Shown here: in pieces, positions 40,601 through 52,390 of the stretch
How the letters are laid out: each line of letters begins with the position of its first letter
Numbering within the stretch: the first letter of the stretch is position 1
Origin: Eledone cirrhosa
Taxonomy: Eukaryota
Assembly: GCA_964016885.1 (NCBI GenBank)
Contig: OZ024744.1
Coordinates: 868,001 to 932,000, forward strand
Reading direction: 5' to 3'
Length of the DNA: 64,000 bases
The notes under the pieces: generated by a model
The model's input: only the letters and a program-made list of their open reading frames with translations
Database searches by the model: none
Told to the model about the DNA's origin: nothing
Position numbers and translations under genes: made by a program

Positions 40601-43171
40601 AAGTTTTGAGGGAAGACAAGGTAGAGAAAGATAGCTTGGTGAAGAACGAAGTTTTGGGGGAAGACAAGGTAGAGAAAGATAGCTTGGTGAAGAACGAAGT
40701 TTTGAGGGAAGACAAGGTAGAGAAAGATAGCTTGGTGAAGAACGAAGTTTTGAGGGAAGACAAGGTAGAGAAAGATAGCTTGGTGAAGAACGAAGTTTTG
40801 AGGGAAGACAAGGTAGAGAAAGATAGCTTGGTGAAGAACGAAGTTTTGAGGGAAGACAAGGTAGAGAAAGATAGTTGGTGAAGAACGAAGTTTTGAGGGA
40901 AGACAAGGTAGAGAAAGATAGCTTGGTGAAGAACGACGTTTTGAGGGAAGACAAGGTAGAGAAAGATAGCTTGATGAAGTACGAAGTTTTGGGGGAAGAC
41001 AAGGTAGAGAAAGATAGCTTGGTGAAGGACGACGTTTTGAGGGAAGACAAGGTATAGAAAGAGAGCTTGGTGAAGAACGACGTTTTCGGGGAAGAAAAGG
41101 TAGAGAAAGATAGCTTGGTGAAGAACGAAGTTTTGAGGGAAGACAAGGTAGAGAAAGATAGCTTGGTGAAGAACGAGGTTTTGAGGGAAGACAATGTAGA
41201 GAAAGATAGCTTGGTGAAGAACGAAGTTTTGGGGGAAGACAAGGTAGAGAAAGATAGCTTGATGAAGAACGAAGTTTTGGGGGAAGACAAGGAAGAGAAA
41301 GATAGCTTGGTGAAGAACGAAGTTTTAGGGAAGACAAGGTAGAGAAAGATAGGTTGGTGAAGAACGAAGTTTTGGGGGAAGACAAGGTAGAGAAAGATAG
41401 CTTGGTGAAGAACGAAGTTTTGCGGAAGACAAGGTAGAGAAATATAGCTCGGTAAAGAACGAAGCTTTGAGGGAAGACAAGGTAGAGAAAGATAGTTGGT
41501 GAAGAACGAAATTTTGAGGGAAGACAAGGTAGAGAAAGATAGCTTGATGAAGAACAAAGTTTTGAGGGAAGACAAGGTAGAGAAAGATAGCTTGATGAAG
41601 TACGAAGTTTTGGGGGAAGACAAGGTAGAGAAAGATAGCTTGGTGAAGAACGAAGTTTTGAGGGAAGACAAGGTAGAGAAAGATAGCTTGATGAAGAACG
41701 AAGTTTTGAGGGAAGACAAGGTAGAGAAAGATAGCTTGGTGAAGAACGAAGTTTTGAGGGAAGACAAGGTAGAGAAAGATAGCTTGGTGAAGAACGAAGT
41801 TTTGGGGGAAGACAAAGTATAGAAAGATAGCTTGGTGAAGAACGAAGTTTTGGGGGAAGACAATGTAGAGAAAGATAGCTTGATGAAGAACGAAGTTTTG
41901 GGGGAAGACAAGGTAGAGAAAGATAGCTTGGTGAAGAACGAGGTTTTGAGGGAAGACAAGGTAGAGAAAGATAGCTTGGTGAAGAACGAAGTTTTGGGGG
42001 AAGACAAGGTAGAGAAAGATAGCTTGGTGAAGAACGAAGTTTTGCGGAAGACAAGGTAGAGAAATATAGCTCGGTGAAGAACGAAGTTTTGAGGGAAGAC
42101 AAGGTAGAGAAAGATAGTTGGTGAAGAACGAAATTTTGAGGGAAGACAAGGTAGAGAAAGATAGCTTGATGAAGAACAAAGTTTTGAGGGAAGACAAGGT
42201 AGAGAAAGATAGCTTGATGAAGTACGAAGTTTTGGGGGAAGACAAGGTAGAGAAAGATAGCTTGGTGAAGAACGAAGTTTTGAGGGAAGACAAGGTAGAG
42301 AAAGATAGCTTGATGAAGAACGAAGTTTTGAGGGAAGACAAGGTAGAGAAAGATAGCTTGGTGAAGAACGAAGTTTTGAGGGAAGACAAGGTAGAGAAAG
42401 ATAGCTTGGTGAAGAACGAAGTTTTGGGGGAAGACAAAGTATAGAAAGATAGCTTGGTGAAGAACGAAGTTTTGGGGGAAGACAATGTAGAGAAAGATAG
42501 CTTGATGAAGAACGAAGTTTTGGGGGAAGACAAGGTAGAGAAAGATAGCTTGGTGAAGAACGAGGTTTTGAGGGAAGACAAGGTAGAGAAAGATAGCTTG
42601 GTGAAGAACGAAGTTTTGGGGGAAGACAAGGTAGAGAAAGATAGCTTGGTGAAGAACGAAGTTTTGAGGGAAGACAAGGTAGAGAAAGATAGCTTGGTGA
42701 AGAACGAAGTTTTGGGGGAAGACAAGGTAGAGAAAGATTGCTTGGTGAAGAACGAAGTTTTGAGGGAAGACAAGGTAGAGAAAGATAGTTGGTGAAAAAC
42801 GAAATTTTGAGGGAAGACAAGGTAGAGAAAAATAGCTTGGTGAAGAACGACGTTTTGAGGGAAGACAAGGTAGAGAAAGATAGCTTGGTGAAGAACGAAG
42901 TTTTGGGGGAAGACAAGGTAGAGAAAGATAGCTTGATGAAGTACGAAGTTTTGGGGGAAGACAAGGTAGAGAAAGATAGCTTGGTGAAGAACGACGTTTT
43001 GAGGGAATACAAGGTAGAGAAAGATAGCTTGGTGAAGAACGAAGTTTTGGGGGAAGACAAGGTAGAGAAAGATAGCTTGATGAAGTACGAAGTTTTGGGG
43101 GAAGACAAGGTAGAGAAAGATAGCTTGGTGAAGAACGACGTTTTGTGGGAAGACAAGGTAGAGAAACATAG

Positions 43172-46100
43172 TTGGTGAAGAACGAAGTTTTGAGGGAAGA
43201 CAAGGTAGAGAAAGATAGCTTGATGAAGAACGAAGTTTTGAGGGAAGACAAGGTAGAGAAAGATAGCTTGGTGAAGAACGAAGTTTTGAGGGAAGACAAG
43301 GTAGAGAAAGATAGCTTCATGAAGAACGAAGTTTTGAGGGAAGACAAGGTAGAGAAAGATAGCTTGGTGAAGAACGAAGTTTTGAGGGAAGACAAAGTAT
43401 AGAAAGATAGCTTGGTGAAGAACGAAGTTTTGGGGGAAGACAATGTAGAGAAAGATAGCTTGATGAAGAACGAAGTTTTGGGGGAAGACAAGGTAGAGAA
43501 AGATAGCTTGGTGAAGAACGAAGTTTTGAGGGAAGACAAGGTAGAGAAAGATAGCTTGGTGAAGAACGAAGTTTTGGGGGAAGACAAGGTAGAGAAAGAT
43601 AGCTTGGTGAAGAACGAAGTTTTGAGGGAAGACAAGGTAGAGAAATATAGCTCGGTGAAGAACGAAGTTTTGAGGGAAGACAAGGTAGAGAAAGATAGTT
43701 GGTGAAGAACGAAATTTTGAGGGAAGACAAGGTAGAGAAAGATAGCTTGATGAAGAACAAAGTTTTGAGGGAAGACAAGGTAGAGAAAGATAGCTTGGTG
43801 AAGAACGAAGTTTTGAGGGAAGACAAGGTAGAGAAAGATAGCTTGGTGAAGAACGAAGTTTTGGGGGAAGACAAAGTATAGAAAGATAGCTTGGTGAAGA
43901 ACGAAGTTTTGGGGGAAGACAATGTAGAGAAAGATAGCTTGATGAAGAACGAAGTTTTGGGGGAAGACAAGGTAGAGAAAGATAGCTTGGTGAAGAACGA
44001 GGTTTTGAGGGAAGACAAGGTAGAGAAAGATAGCTTGGTGAAGAACGAAGTTTTGAGGGAAGACAAGGTAGAGAAAGATAGCTTGGTGAAGAACGACGTT
44101 TTGAGGGAAGACAAGGTAGAGAAAGATAGCTTGATGAAGTACGAAGTTTTGGGGGAAGACAAGGTAGAGAAAGATAGCTTGGTGAAGAACGACGTTTTGA
44201 GGGAAGACAAGGTAGAGAAAGATAGCTTGGTGAAGAACGAAGTTTTGGGGGAAGACAAGGTAGAGAAAGATAGCTTGATGAAGTACGAAGTTTTGGGGGA
44301 AGACAAGGTAGAGAAAGATAGCTTGGTGAAGAACGACGTTTTGTGGGAAGACAAGGTAGAGAAACATAGTTGGTGAAGAACGAAGTTTTGAGGGAAGACA
44401 AGGTAGAGAAAGATAGCTTGATGAAGAACGAAGTTTTGAGGGAAGACAAGGTAGAGAAAGATAGCTTGGTGAAGAACGAAGTTTTGAGGGAAGACAAGGT
44501 AGAGAAAGATAGCTTCATGAAGAACGAAGTTTTGAGGGAAGACAAGGTAGAGAAAGATAGCTTGGTGAAGAACGAAGTTTTGAGGGAAGACAAAGTATAG
44601 AAAGATAGCTTGGTGAAGAACGAAGTTTTGGGGGAAGACAATGTAGAGAAAGATAGCTTGATGAAGAACGAAGTTTTGGGGGAAGACAAGGTAGAGAAAG
44701 ATAGCTTGGTGAAGAACGAAGTTTTGAGGGAAGACAAGGTAGAGAAAGATAGCTTGGTGAAGAACGAAGTTTTGGGGGAAGACAAGGTAGAGAAAGATAG
44801 CTTGGTGAAGAACGAAGTTTTGAGGGAAGACAAGGTAGAGAAATATAGCTCGGTGAAGAACGAAGTTTTGAGGGAAGACAAGGTAGAGAAAGATAGTTGG
44901 TGAAGAACGAAATTTTGAGGGAAGACAAGGTAGAGAAAGATAGCTTGATGAAGAACAAAGTTTTGAGGGAAGACAAGGTAGAGAAAGATAGCTTGGTGAA
45001 GAACGAAGTTTTGAGGGAAGACAAGGTAGAGAAAGATAGCTTGGTGAAGAACGAAGTTTTGGGGGAAGACAAAGTATAGAAAGATAGCTTGGTGAAGAAC
45101 GAAGTTTTGGGGGAAGACAATGTAGAGAAAGATAGCTTGATGAAGAACGAAGTTTTGGGGTAAGACAAGGTAGAGAAAGATAGCTTGGTGAAGAACGAGG
45201 TTTTGAGGGAAGACAAGGTAGAGAAAGATAGCTTGGTGAAGAACGAAGTTTTGAGGGAAGACAAGGTAGAGAAAGATAGCTTGGTGAAGAACGACGTTTT
45301 GAGGGAAGACAAGGTAGAGAAAGATAGCTTGATGAAGTACGAAGTTTTGGGGGAAGACAAGGTAGAGAAAGATAGCTTGGTGAAGAACGACGTTTTGAGG
45401 GAAGACAAGGTAGAGAAAGATAGCTTGGTGAAGAACGAAGTTTTGGGGGAAGACAAGGTAGAGAAAGATAGCTTGATGAAGTACGAAGTTTTGGGGGAAG
45501 ACAAGGTAGAGAAAGATAGCTTGGTGAAGAACGACGTTTTGTGGGAAGACAAGGTAGAGAAACATAGTTGGTGAAGAACGAAGTTTTGAGGGAAGACAAG
45601 GTAGAGAAAGATAGCTTGATGAAGAACGAAGTTTTGAGGGAAGACAAGGTAGAGAAAGATAGCTTGGTGAAGAACGAAGTTTTGAGGGAAGACAAGGTAG
45701 AGAAAGATAGCTTCATGAAGAACGAAGTTTTGAGGGAAGACAAGGTAGAGAAAGATAGCTTGGTGAAGAACGAAGTTTTGAGGGAAGACAAAGTATAGAA
45801 AGATAGCTTGGTGAAGAACGAAGTTTTGGGGGAAGACAATGTAGAGAAAGATAGCTTGATGAAGAACGAAGTTTTGGGGGAAGACAAGGTAGAGAAAGAT
45901 AGCTTGGTGAAGAACGAAGTTTTGAGGGAAGACAAGGTAGAGAAAGATAGCTTGGTGAAGAACGAAGTTTTGGGGGAAGACAAGGTAGAGAAAGATAGCT
46001 TGGTGAAGAACGAAGTTTTGAGGGAAGACAAGGTAGAGAAATATAGCTCGGTGAAGAACGAAGTTTAGAGGGAAGACAAGGTAGAGAAAGATAGTTGGTG

Positions 46101-46450
46101 AAGAACGAAATTTTGAGGGAAGACAAGGTAGAGAAAGATAGCTTGATGAAGAACAAAGTTTTGAGGGAAGACAAGGTAGAGAAAGATAGCTTGGTGAAGA
46201 ACGAAGTTTTGAGGGAAGACAAGGTAGAGAAAGATAGCTTGGTGAAGAACGAAGTTTTGGGGGAAGACAAAGTATAGAAAGATAGCTTGGTGAAGAACGA
46301 AGTTTTGGGGGAAGACAATGTAGAGAAAGATAGCTTGATGAAGAACGAAGTTTTGGGGGAAGACAAGGTAGAGAAAGATAGCTTGGTGAAGAACGAAGTT
46401 TTGAGGGAAGACAAGGTAGAGAAAGATAGCTTGGTGAAGAACGAAGTTTT
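43172..46450. repeat. 1,198-bp (25-mer) HOR, about 2.7 copies, nested in the macro-HOR
   Basis: 43172/44370/45568, 43412/44610/45808 and 43699/44897/46095 are all +1198. Confidence 0.9.
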
Positions 46451-49351
46451 GAGGGAAGACAAGGTAGAGAAAGATAGCTTGGTGAAGAACGACGTTTTGA
46501 GGGAAGACAAGGTAGAGAAAGATAGCTTGATGAAGTACGAAGTTTTGGGGGAAGACAAGGTAGAGAAAGATAGCTTGGTGAAGGACGACGTTTTGAGGGA
46601 AGACAAGGTATAGAAAGAGAGCTTGGTGAAGAACGACGTTTTCGGGGAAGAAAAGGTAGAGAAAGATAGCTTGGTGAAGAACAAAGTTTTGGGGGAAGAC
46701 AAGGTAGAGAAAGATAGCTTGGTGAAGAACGAAGTATTGAGGGAAGACTCGGTAGAGAAAGATAGCTTGGTGAAGAACGAAGTTTTGAGGGAAGACAAGG
46801 TAGAGAAAGATAGCTTGGTGAAGAACGAGGTTTTGAGGGAAGACAATGTAGAGAAAGATAGCTTGGTGAAGAACGAAGTTTTGGGGGAAGACAAGGTAGA
46901 GAAAGATAGCTTGATGAAGAACGAAGTTTTGGGGGAAGACAAGGAAGAGAAAGATAGCTTGGTGAAGAACGAAGTTTTAGGGAAGACAAGGTAGAGAAAG
47001 ATAGGTTGGTGAAGAACGAAGTTTTGGGGGAAGACAAGGTAGAGAAAGATAGCTTGGTGAAGAACGAAGTTTTGCGGAAGACAAGGTAGAGAAATATAGC
47101 TCGGTAAACAACGAAGTTTTGAGGGAAGACAAGGTAGAGAAAGATAGTTGGTGAAGATCGAAATTTTGAGGGAAGACAAGGTAGAGAAAGATAGCTTGAT
47201 GAAGAACAAAGTTTTGAGGGAAGACAAGGTAGAGAAAGATAGCTTGATGAAGTACGAAGTTTTGGGGGAAGACAAGGTAGAGAAAGATAGCTTGGTGAAG
47301 AACGAAGTTTTGAGGGAAGACAAGGTAGAGAAAGATAGCTTGATGAGGAACGAAGTTTTGAGGGAAGACAAGGTAGAGAAAGATAGCTTGGTGAAGAACG
47401 AAGTTTTGAGGGAAGACAAGGTAGAGAAAGATAGCTTGGTGAAGAACGAAGTTTTGGGGGAAGACAAAGTATAGAAAGATAGCTTGGTGAAGAACGAAGT
47501 TTTGGGGGAAGACAATGTAGAGAAAGATAGCTTGATGAAGAACGAAGTTTTGGGGGAAGACAAGGTAGAGAAAGATAGCTTGGTGAAGAACGAGGTTTTG
47601 AGGGAAGACAAGGTAGAGAAAGATAGCTTGGTGAAGAACGAAGTTTTGGGGGAAGACAAGGTAGAGAAAGATAGCTTGGTGAAGAACGAAGTTTTGCGGA
47701 AGACAAGGTAGAGAAATATAGCTCGGTGAAGAACGAAGTTTTGAGGGAAGACAAGGTAGAGAAAGATAGTTGGTGAAGAACGAAATTTTGAGGGAAGACA
47801 AGGTAGAGAAAGATAGCTTGATGAAGAACAAAGTTTTGAGGGAAGACAAGGTAGAGAAAGATAGCTTGATGAAGTACGAAGTTTTGGGGGAAGACAAGGT
47901 AGAGAAAGATAGCTTGGTGAAGAACGAAGTTTTGAGGGAAGACAAGGTAGAGAAAGATAGCTTGATGAAGAACGAAGTTTTGAGGGAAGACAAGGTAGAG
48001 AAAGATAGCTTGGTGAAGAACGAAGTTTTGAGGGAAGACAAGGTAGAGAAAGATAGCTTGGTGAAGAACGAAGTTTTGGGGGAAGACAAAGTATAGAAAG
48101 ATAGCTTGGTGAAGAACGAAGTTTTGGGGGAAGACAATGTAGAGAAAGATAGCTTGATGAAGAACGAAGTTTTGGGGGAAGACAAGGTAGAGAAAGATAG
48201 CTTGGTGAAGAACGAGGTTTTGAGGGAAGACAAGGTAGAGAAAGATAGCTTGGTGAAGAACGAAGTTTTGTGGGAAGACAAGGTAGAGAAAGATAGCTTG
48301 GTGAAGAACGAAGTTTTGAGGGAAGACAAGGTAGAGAAAGATAGCTTGGTGAAGAACGAAGTTTTGGGGGAAGACAAGGTAGAGAAGGATTGCTTGGTGA
48401 AGAACGAAGTTTTGAGGGAAGACAAGGTAGAGAAAGATAGTTGGTGAAGAACGAAATTTTGAGGGAAGACAAGGTAGAGAAAAATAGCTTGGTGAAGAAC
48501 GACGTTTTGAGGGAAGACAAGGTAGAGAAAGATAGCTTGGTGAAGAACGAAGTTTTGGGGGAAGACAAGGTAGAGAAAGATAGCTTGATGAAGTACGAAG
48601 TTTTGGGGGAAGACAAGGTAGAGAAAGATAGCTTGGTGAAGAACGACGTTTTGAGGGAAGACAAGGTAGAGAAAGATGGCTTGGTGAAGAACGAAGTTTT
48701 GGGGGAAGACAAGGTAGAGAAAGATAGCTTGATGAAGTACGAAGTTTTGGGGGAAGACAAGGTAGAGAAAGATAGCTTGGTGAAGAACGACGTTTTGTGG
48801 GAAGACAAGGTAGAGAAACATAGTTGGTGAAGAACGAAGTTTTGAGGGAAGACAAGGTAGAGAAAGATAGCTTGATGAAGAACGAAGTTTTGAGGGAAGA
48901 CAAGGTAGAGAAAGATAGCTTGGTGAAGAACGAAGTTTTGAGGGAAGACAAGGTAGAGAAAGATAGCTTCATGAAGAACGAAGTTTTGAGGGAAGACAAG
49001 GTAGAGAAAGATAGCTTGGTGAAGAACGAAGTTTTGAGGGAAGACAAAGTATAGAAAGATAGCTTGGTGAAGAACGAAGTTTTGGGGGAAGACAATGTAG
49101 AGAAAGATAGCTTGATGAAGAACGAAGTTTTGGGGGAAGACAAGGTAGAGAAAGATAGCTTGGTGAAGAACGAAGTTTTGAGGGAAGACAAGGTAGAGAA
49201 AGATAGCTTGGTGAAGAACGAAGTTTTGGGGGAAGACAAGGTAGAGAAAGATAGCTTGGTGAAGAACGAAGTTTTGAGGGAAGACAAGGTAGAGAAAGAT
49301 AGCTTGGTGAAGAACGAAGTTTTGAGGGAAGACAAAGTATAGAAAGATAGC

Positions 49352-52300
49352 TTGGTGAAGAACGAAGTTTTGGGGGAAGACAATGTAGAGAAAGATAGCT
49401 TGATGAAGAACGAAGTTTTGGGGGAAGACAAGGTAGAGAAAGATAGCTTGGTGAAGAACGAAGTTTTGAGGGAAGACAAGGTAGAGAAAAATAGCTTGGT
49501 GAAGAACGAAGTTTTGGGGGAAGACAAGGTAGAGAAAGATAGCTTGGTGAAGAACGAAGTTTTGAGGGAAGACAAGGTAGAGAAATATAGCTCGGTGAAG
49601 AACGAAGTTTTGAGGGAAGACAAGGTAGAGAAAGATAGTTGGTGAAGAACGAAATTTTGAGGGAAGACAAGGTAGAGAAAGATAGCTTGATGAAGAACAA
49701 AGTTTTGAGGGAAGACAAGGTAGAGAAAGATAGCTTGGTGAAGAACGAAGTTTTGAGGGAAGACAAGGTAGAGAAAGATAGCTTGGTGAAGAACGAAGTT
49801 TTGGGGGAAGACAAAGTATAGAAAGATAGCTTGGTGAAGAACGAAGTTTTGGGGGAAGACAATGTAGAGAAAGATAGCTTGATGAAGAACGAAGTTTTGG
49901 GGGAAGACAAGGTAGAGAAAGATAGCTTGGTGAAGAACGAGGTTTTGAGGGAAGACAAGGTAGAGAAAGATAGCTTGGTGAAGAACGAAGTTTTGAGGGA
50001 AGACAAGGTAGAGAAAGATAGCTTGGTGAAGAACGACGTTTTGAGGGAAGACAAGGTAGAGAAAGATAGCTTGATGAAGTACGAAGTTTTGGGGGAAGAC
50101 AAGGTAGAGAAAGATAGCTTGGTGAAGAACGACGTTTTGAGGGAAGACAAGGTAGAGAAAGATAGCTTGGTGAAGAACGAAGTTTTGGGGGAAGACAAGG
50201 TAGAGAAAGATAGCTTGATGAAGTACGAAGTTTTGGGGGAAGACAAGGTAGAGAAAGATAGCTTGATGAAGAACGACGTTTTGTGGGAAGACAAGGTAGA
50301 GAAACATAGTTGGTGAAGAACGAAGTTTTGAGGGAAGACAAGGTAGAGAAAGATAGCTTGATGAAGAACGAAGTTTTGAGGGAAGACAAGGTAGAGAAAG
50401 ATAGCTTGGTGAAGAACGAAGTTTTGAGGGAAGACAAGGTAGAGAAAGATAGCTTCATGAAGAACGAAGTTTTGAGGGAAGACAAGGTAGAGAAAGATAG
50501 CTTGGTGAAGAACGAAGTTTTGAGGGAAGACAAAGTATAGAAAGATAGCTTGGTGAAGAACGAAGTTTTGGGGGAAGACAATGTAGAGAAAGATAGCTTG
50601 ATGAAGAACGAAGTTTTGGGGGAAGACAAGGTAGAGAAAGATAGCTTGGTGAAGAACGAAGTTTTGAGGGAAGACAAGGTAGAGAAAGATAGCTTGGTGA
50701 AGAACGAAGTTTTGGGGGAAGACAAGGTAGAGAAAGATAGCTTGGTGAAGAACGAAGTTTTGAGGGAAGACAAGGTAGAGAAATATAGCTCGGTGAAGAA
50801 CGAAGTTTTGAGGGAAGACAAGGTAGAGAAAGATAGTTGGTGAAGAACGAAATTTTGAGGGAAGACAAGGTAGAGAAAGATAGCTTGATGAAGAACAAAG
50901 TTTTGAGGGAAGACAAGGTAGAGAAAGATAGCTTGGTGAAGAACGAAGTTTTGAGGGAAGACAAGGTAGAGAAAGATAGCTTGGTGAAGAACGAAGTTTT
51001 GGGGGAAGACAAAGTATAGAAAGATAGCTTGGTGAAGAACGAAGTTTTGGGGGAAGACAATGTAGAGAAAGATAGCTTGATGAAGAACGAAGTTTTGGGG
51101 GAAGACAAGGTAGAGAAAGATAGCTTGGTGAAGAACGAGGTTTTGAGGGAAGACAAGGTAGAGAAAGATAGCTTGGTGAAGAACGAAGTTTTGAGGGAAG
51201 ACAAGGTAGAGAAAGATAGCTTGGTGAAGAACGACGTTTTGAGGGAAGACAAGGTAGAGAAAGATAGCTTGATGAAGTACGAAGTTTTGGGGGAAGACAA
51301 GGTAGAGAAAGATAGCTTGGTGAAGAACGACGTTTTGAGGGAAGACAAGGTAGAGAAAGATAGCTTGGTGAAGAACGAAGTTTTGGGGGAAGACAAGGTA
51401 GAGAAAGATAGCTTGATGAAGTACGAAGTTTTGGGGGAAGACAAGGTAGAGAAAGATAGCTTGATGAAGAACGACGTTTTGTGGGAAGACAAGGTAGAGA
51501 AACATAGTTGGTGAAGAACGAAGTTTTGAGGGAAGACAAGGTAGAGAAAGATAGCTTGATGAAGAACGAAGTTTTGAGGGAAGACAAGGTAGAGAAAGAT
51601 AGCTTGGTGAAGAACGAAGTTTTGAGGGAAGACAAGGTAGAGAAAGATAGCTTCATGAAGAACGAAGTTTTGAGGGAAGACAAGGTAGAGAAAGATAGCT
51701 TGGTGAAGAACGAAGTTTTGAGGGAAGACAAAGTATAGAAAGATAGCTTGGTGAAGAACGAAGTTTTGGGGGAAGACAATGTAGAGAAAGATAGCTTGAT
51801 GAAGAACGAAGTTTTGGGGGAAGACAAGGTAGAGAAAGATAGCTTGGTGAAGAACGAAGTTTTGAGGGAAGACAAGGTAGAGAAAGATAGCTTGGTGAAG
51901 AACGAAGTTTTGGGGGAAGACAAGGTAGAGAAAGATAGCTTGGTGAAGAACGAAGTTTTGAGGGAAGACAAGGTAGAGAAATATAGCTCGGTGAAGAACG
52001 AAGTTTTGAGGGAAGACAAGGTAGAGAAAGATAGTTGGTGAAGAACGAAATTTTGAGGGAAGACATGGTAGAGAAAGATAGCTTGATGAAGAACAAAGTT
52101 TTGAGGGAAGACAAGGTAGAGAAAGATAGCTTGGTGAAGAACGAAGTTTTGAGGGAAGACAAGGTAGAGAAAGATAGCTTGGTGAAGAACGAAGTTTTGG
52201 GGGAAGACAAAGTATAGAAAGATAGCTTGGTGAAGAACGAAGTTTTGGGGGAAGACAATGTAGAGAAAGATAGCTTGATGAAGAACGAAGTTTTGGGGGA

Positions 52301-52390
52301 AGACAAGGTAGAGAAAGATAGCTTGGTGAAGAACGAGGTTTTGAGGGAAGACAAGGTAGAGAAAGATAGCTTGGTGAAGAACGAAGTTTT
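49352..52390. repeat. Second set of 1,198-bp (25-mer) HOR copies
   Basis: 49352/50550/51748, 49639/50837/52035 and 49831/51029/52227 are all +1198. Confidence 0.9.
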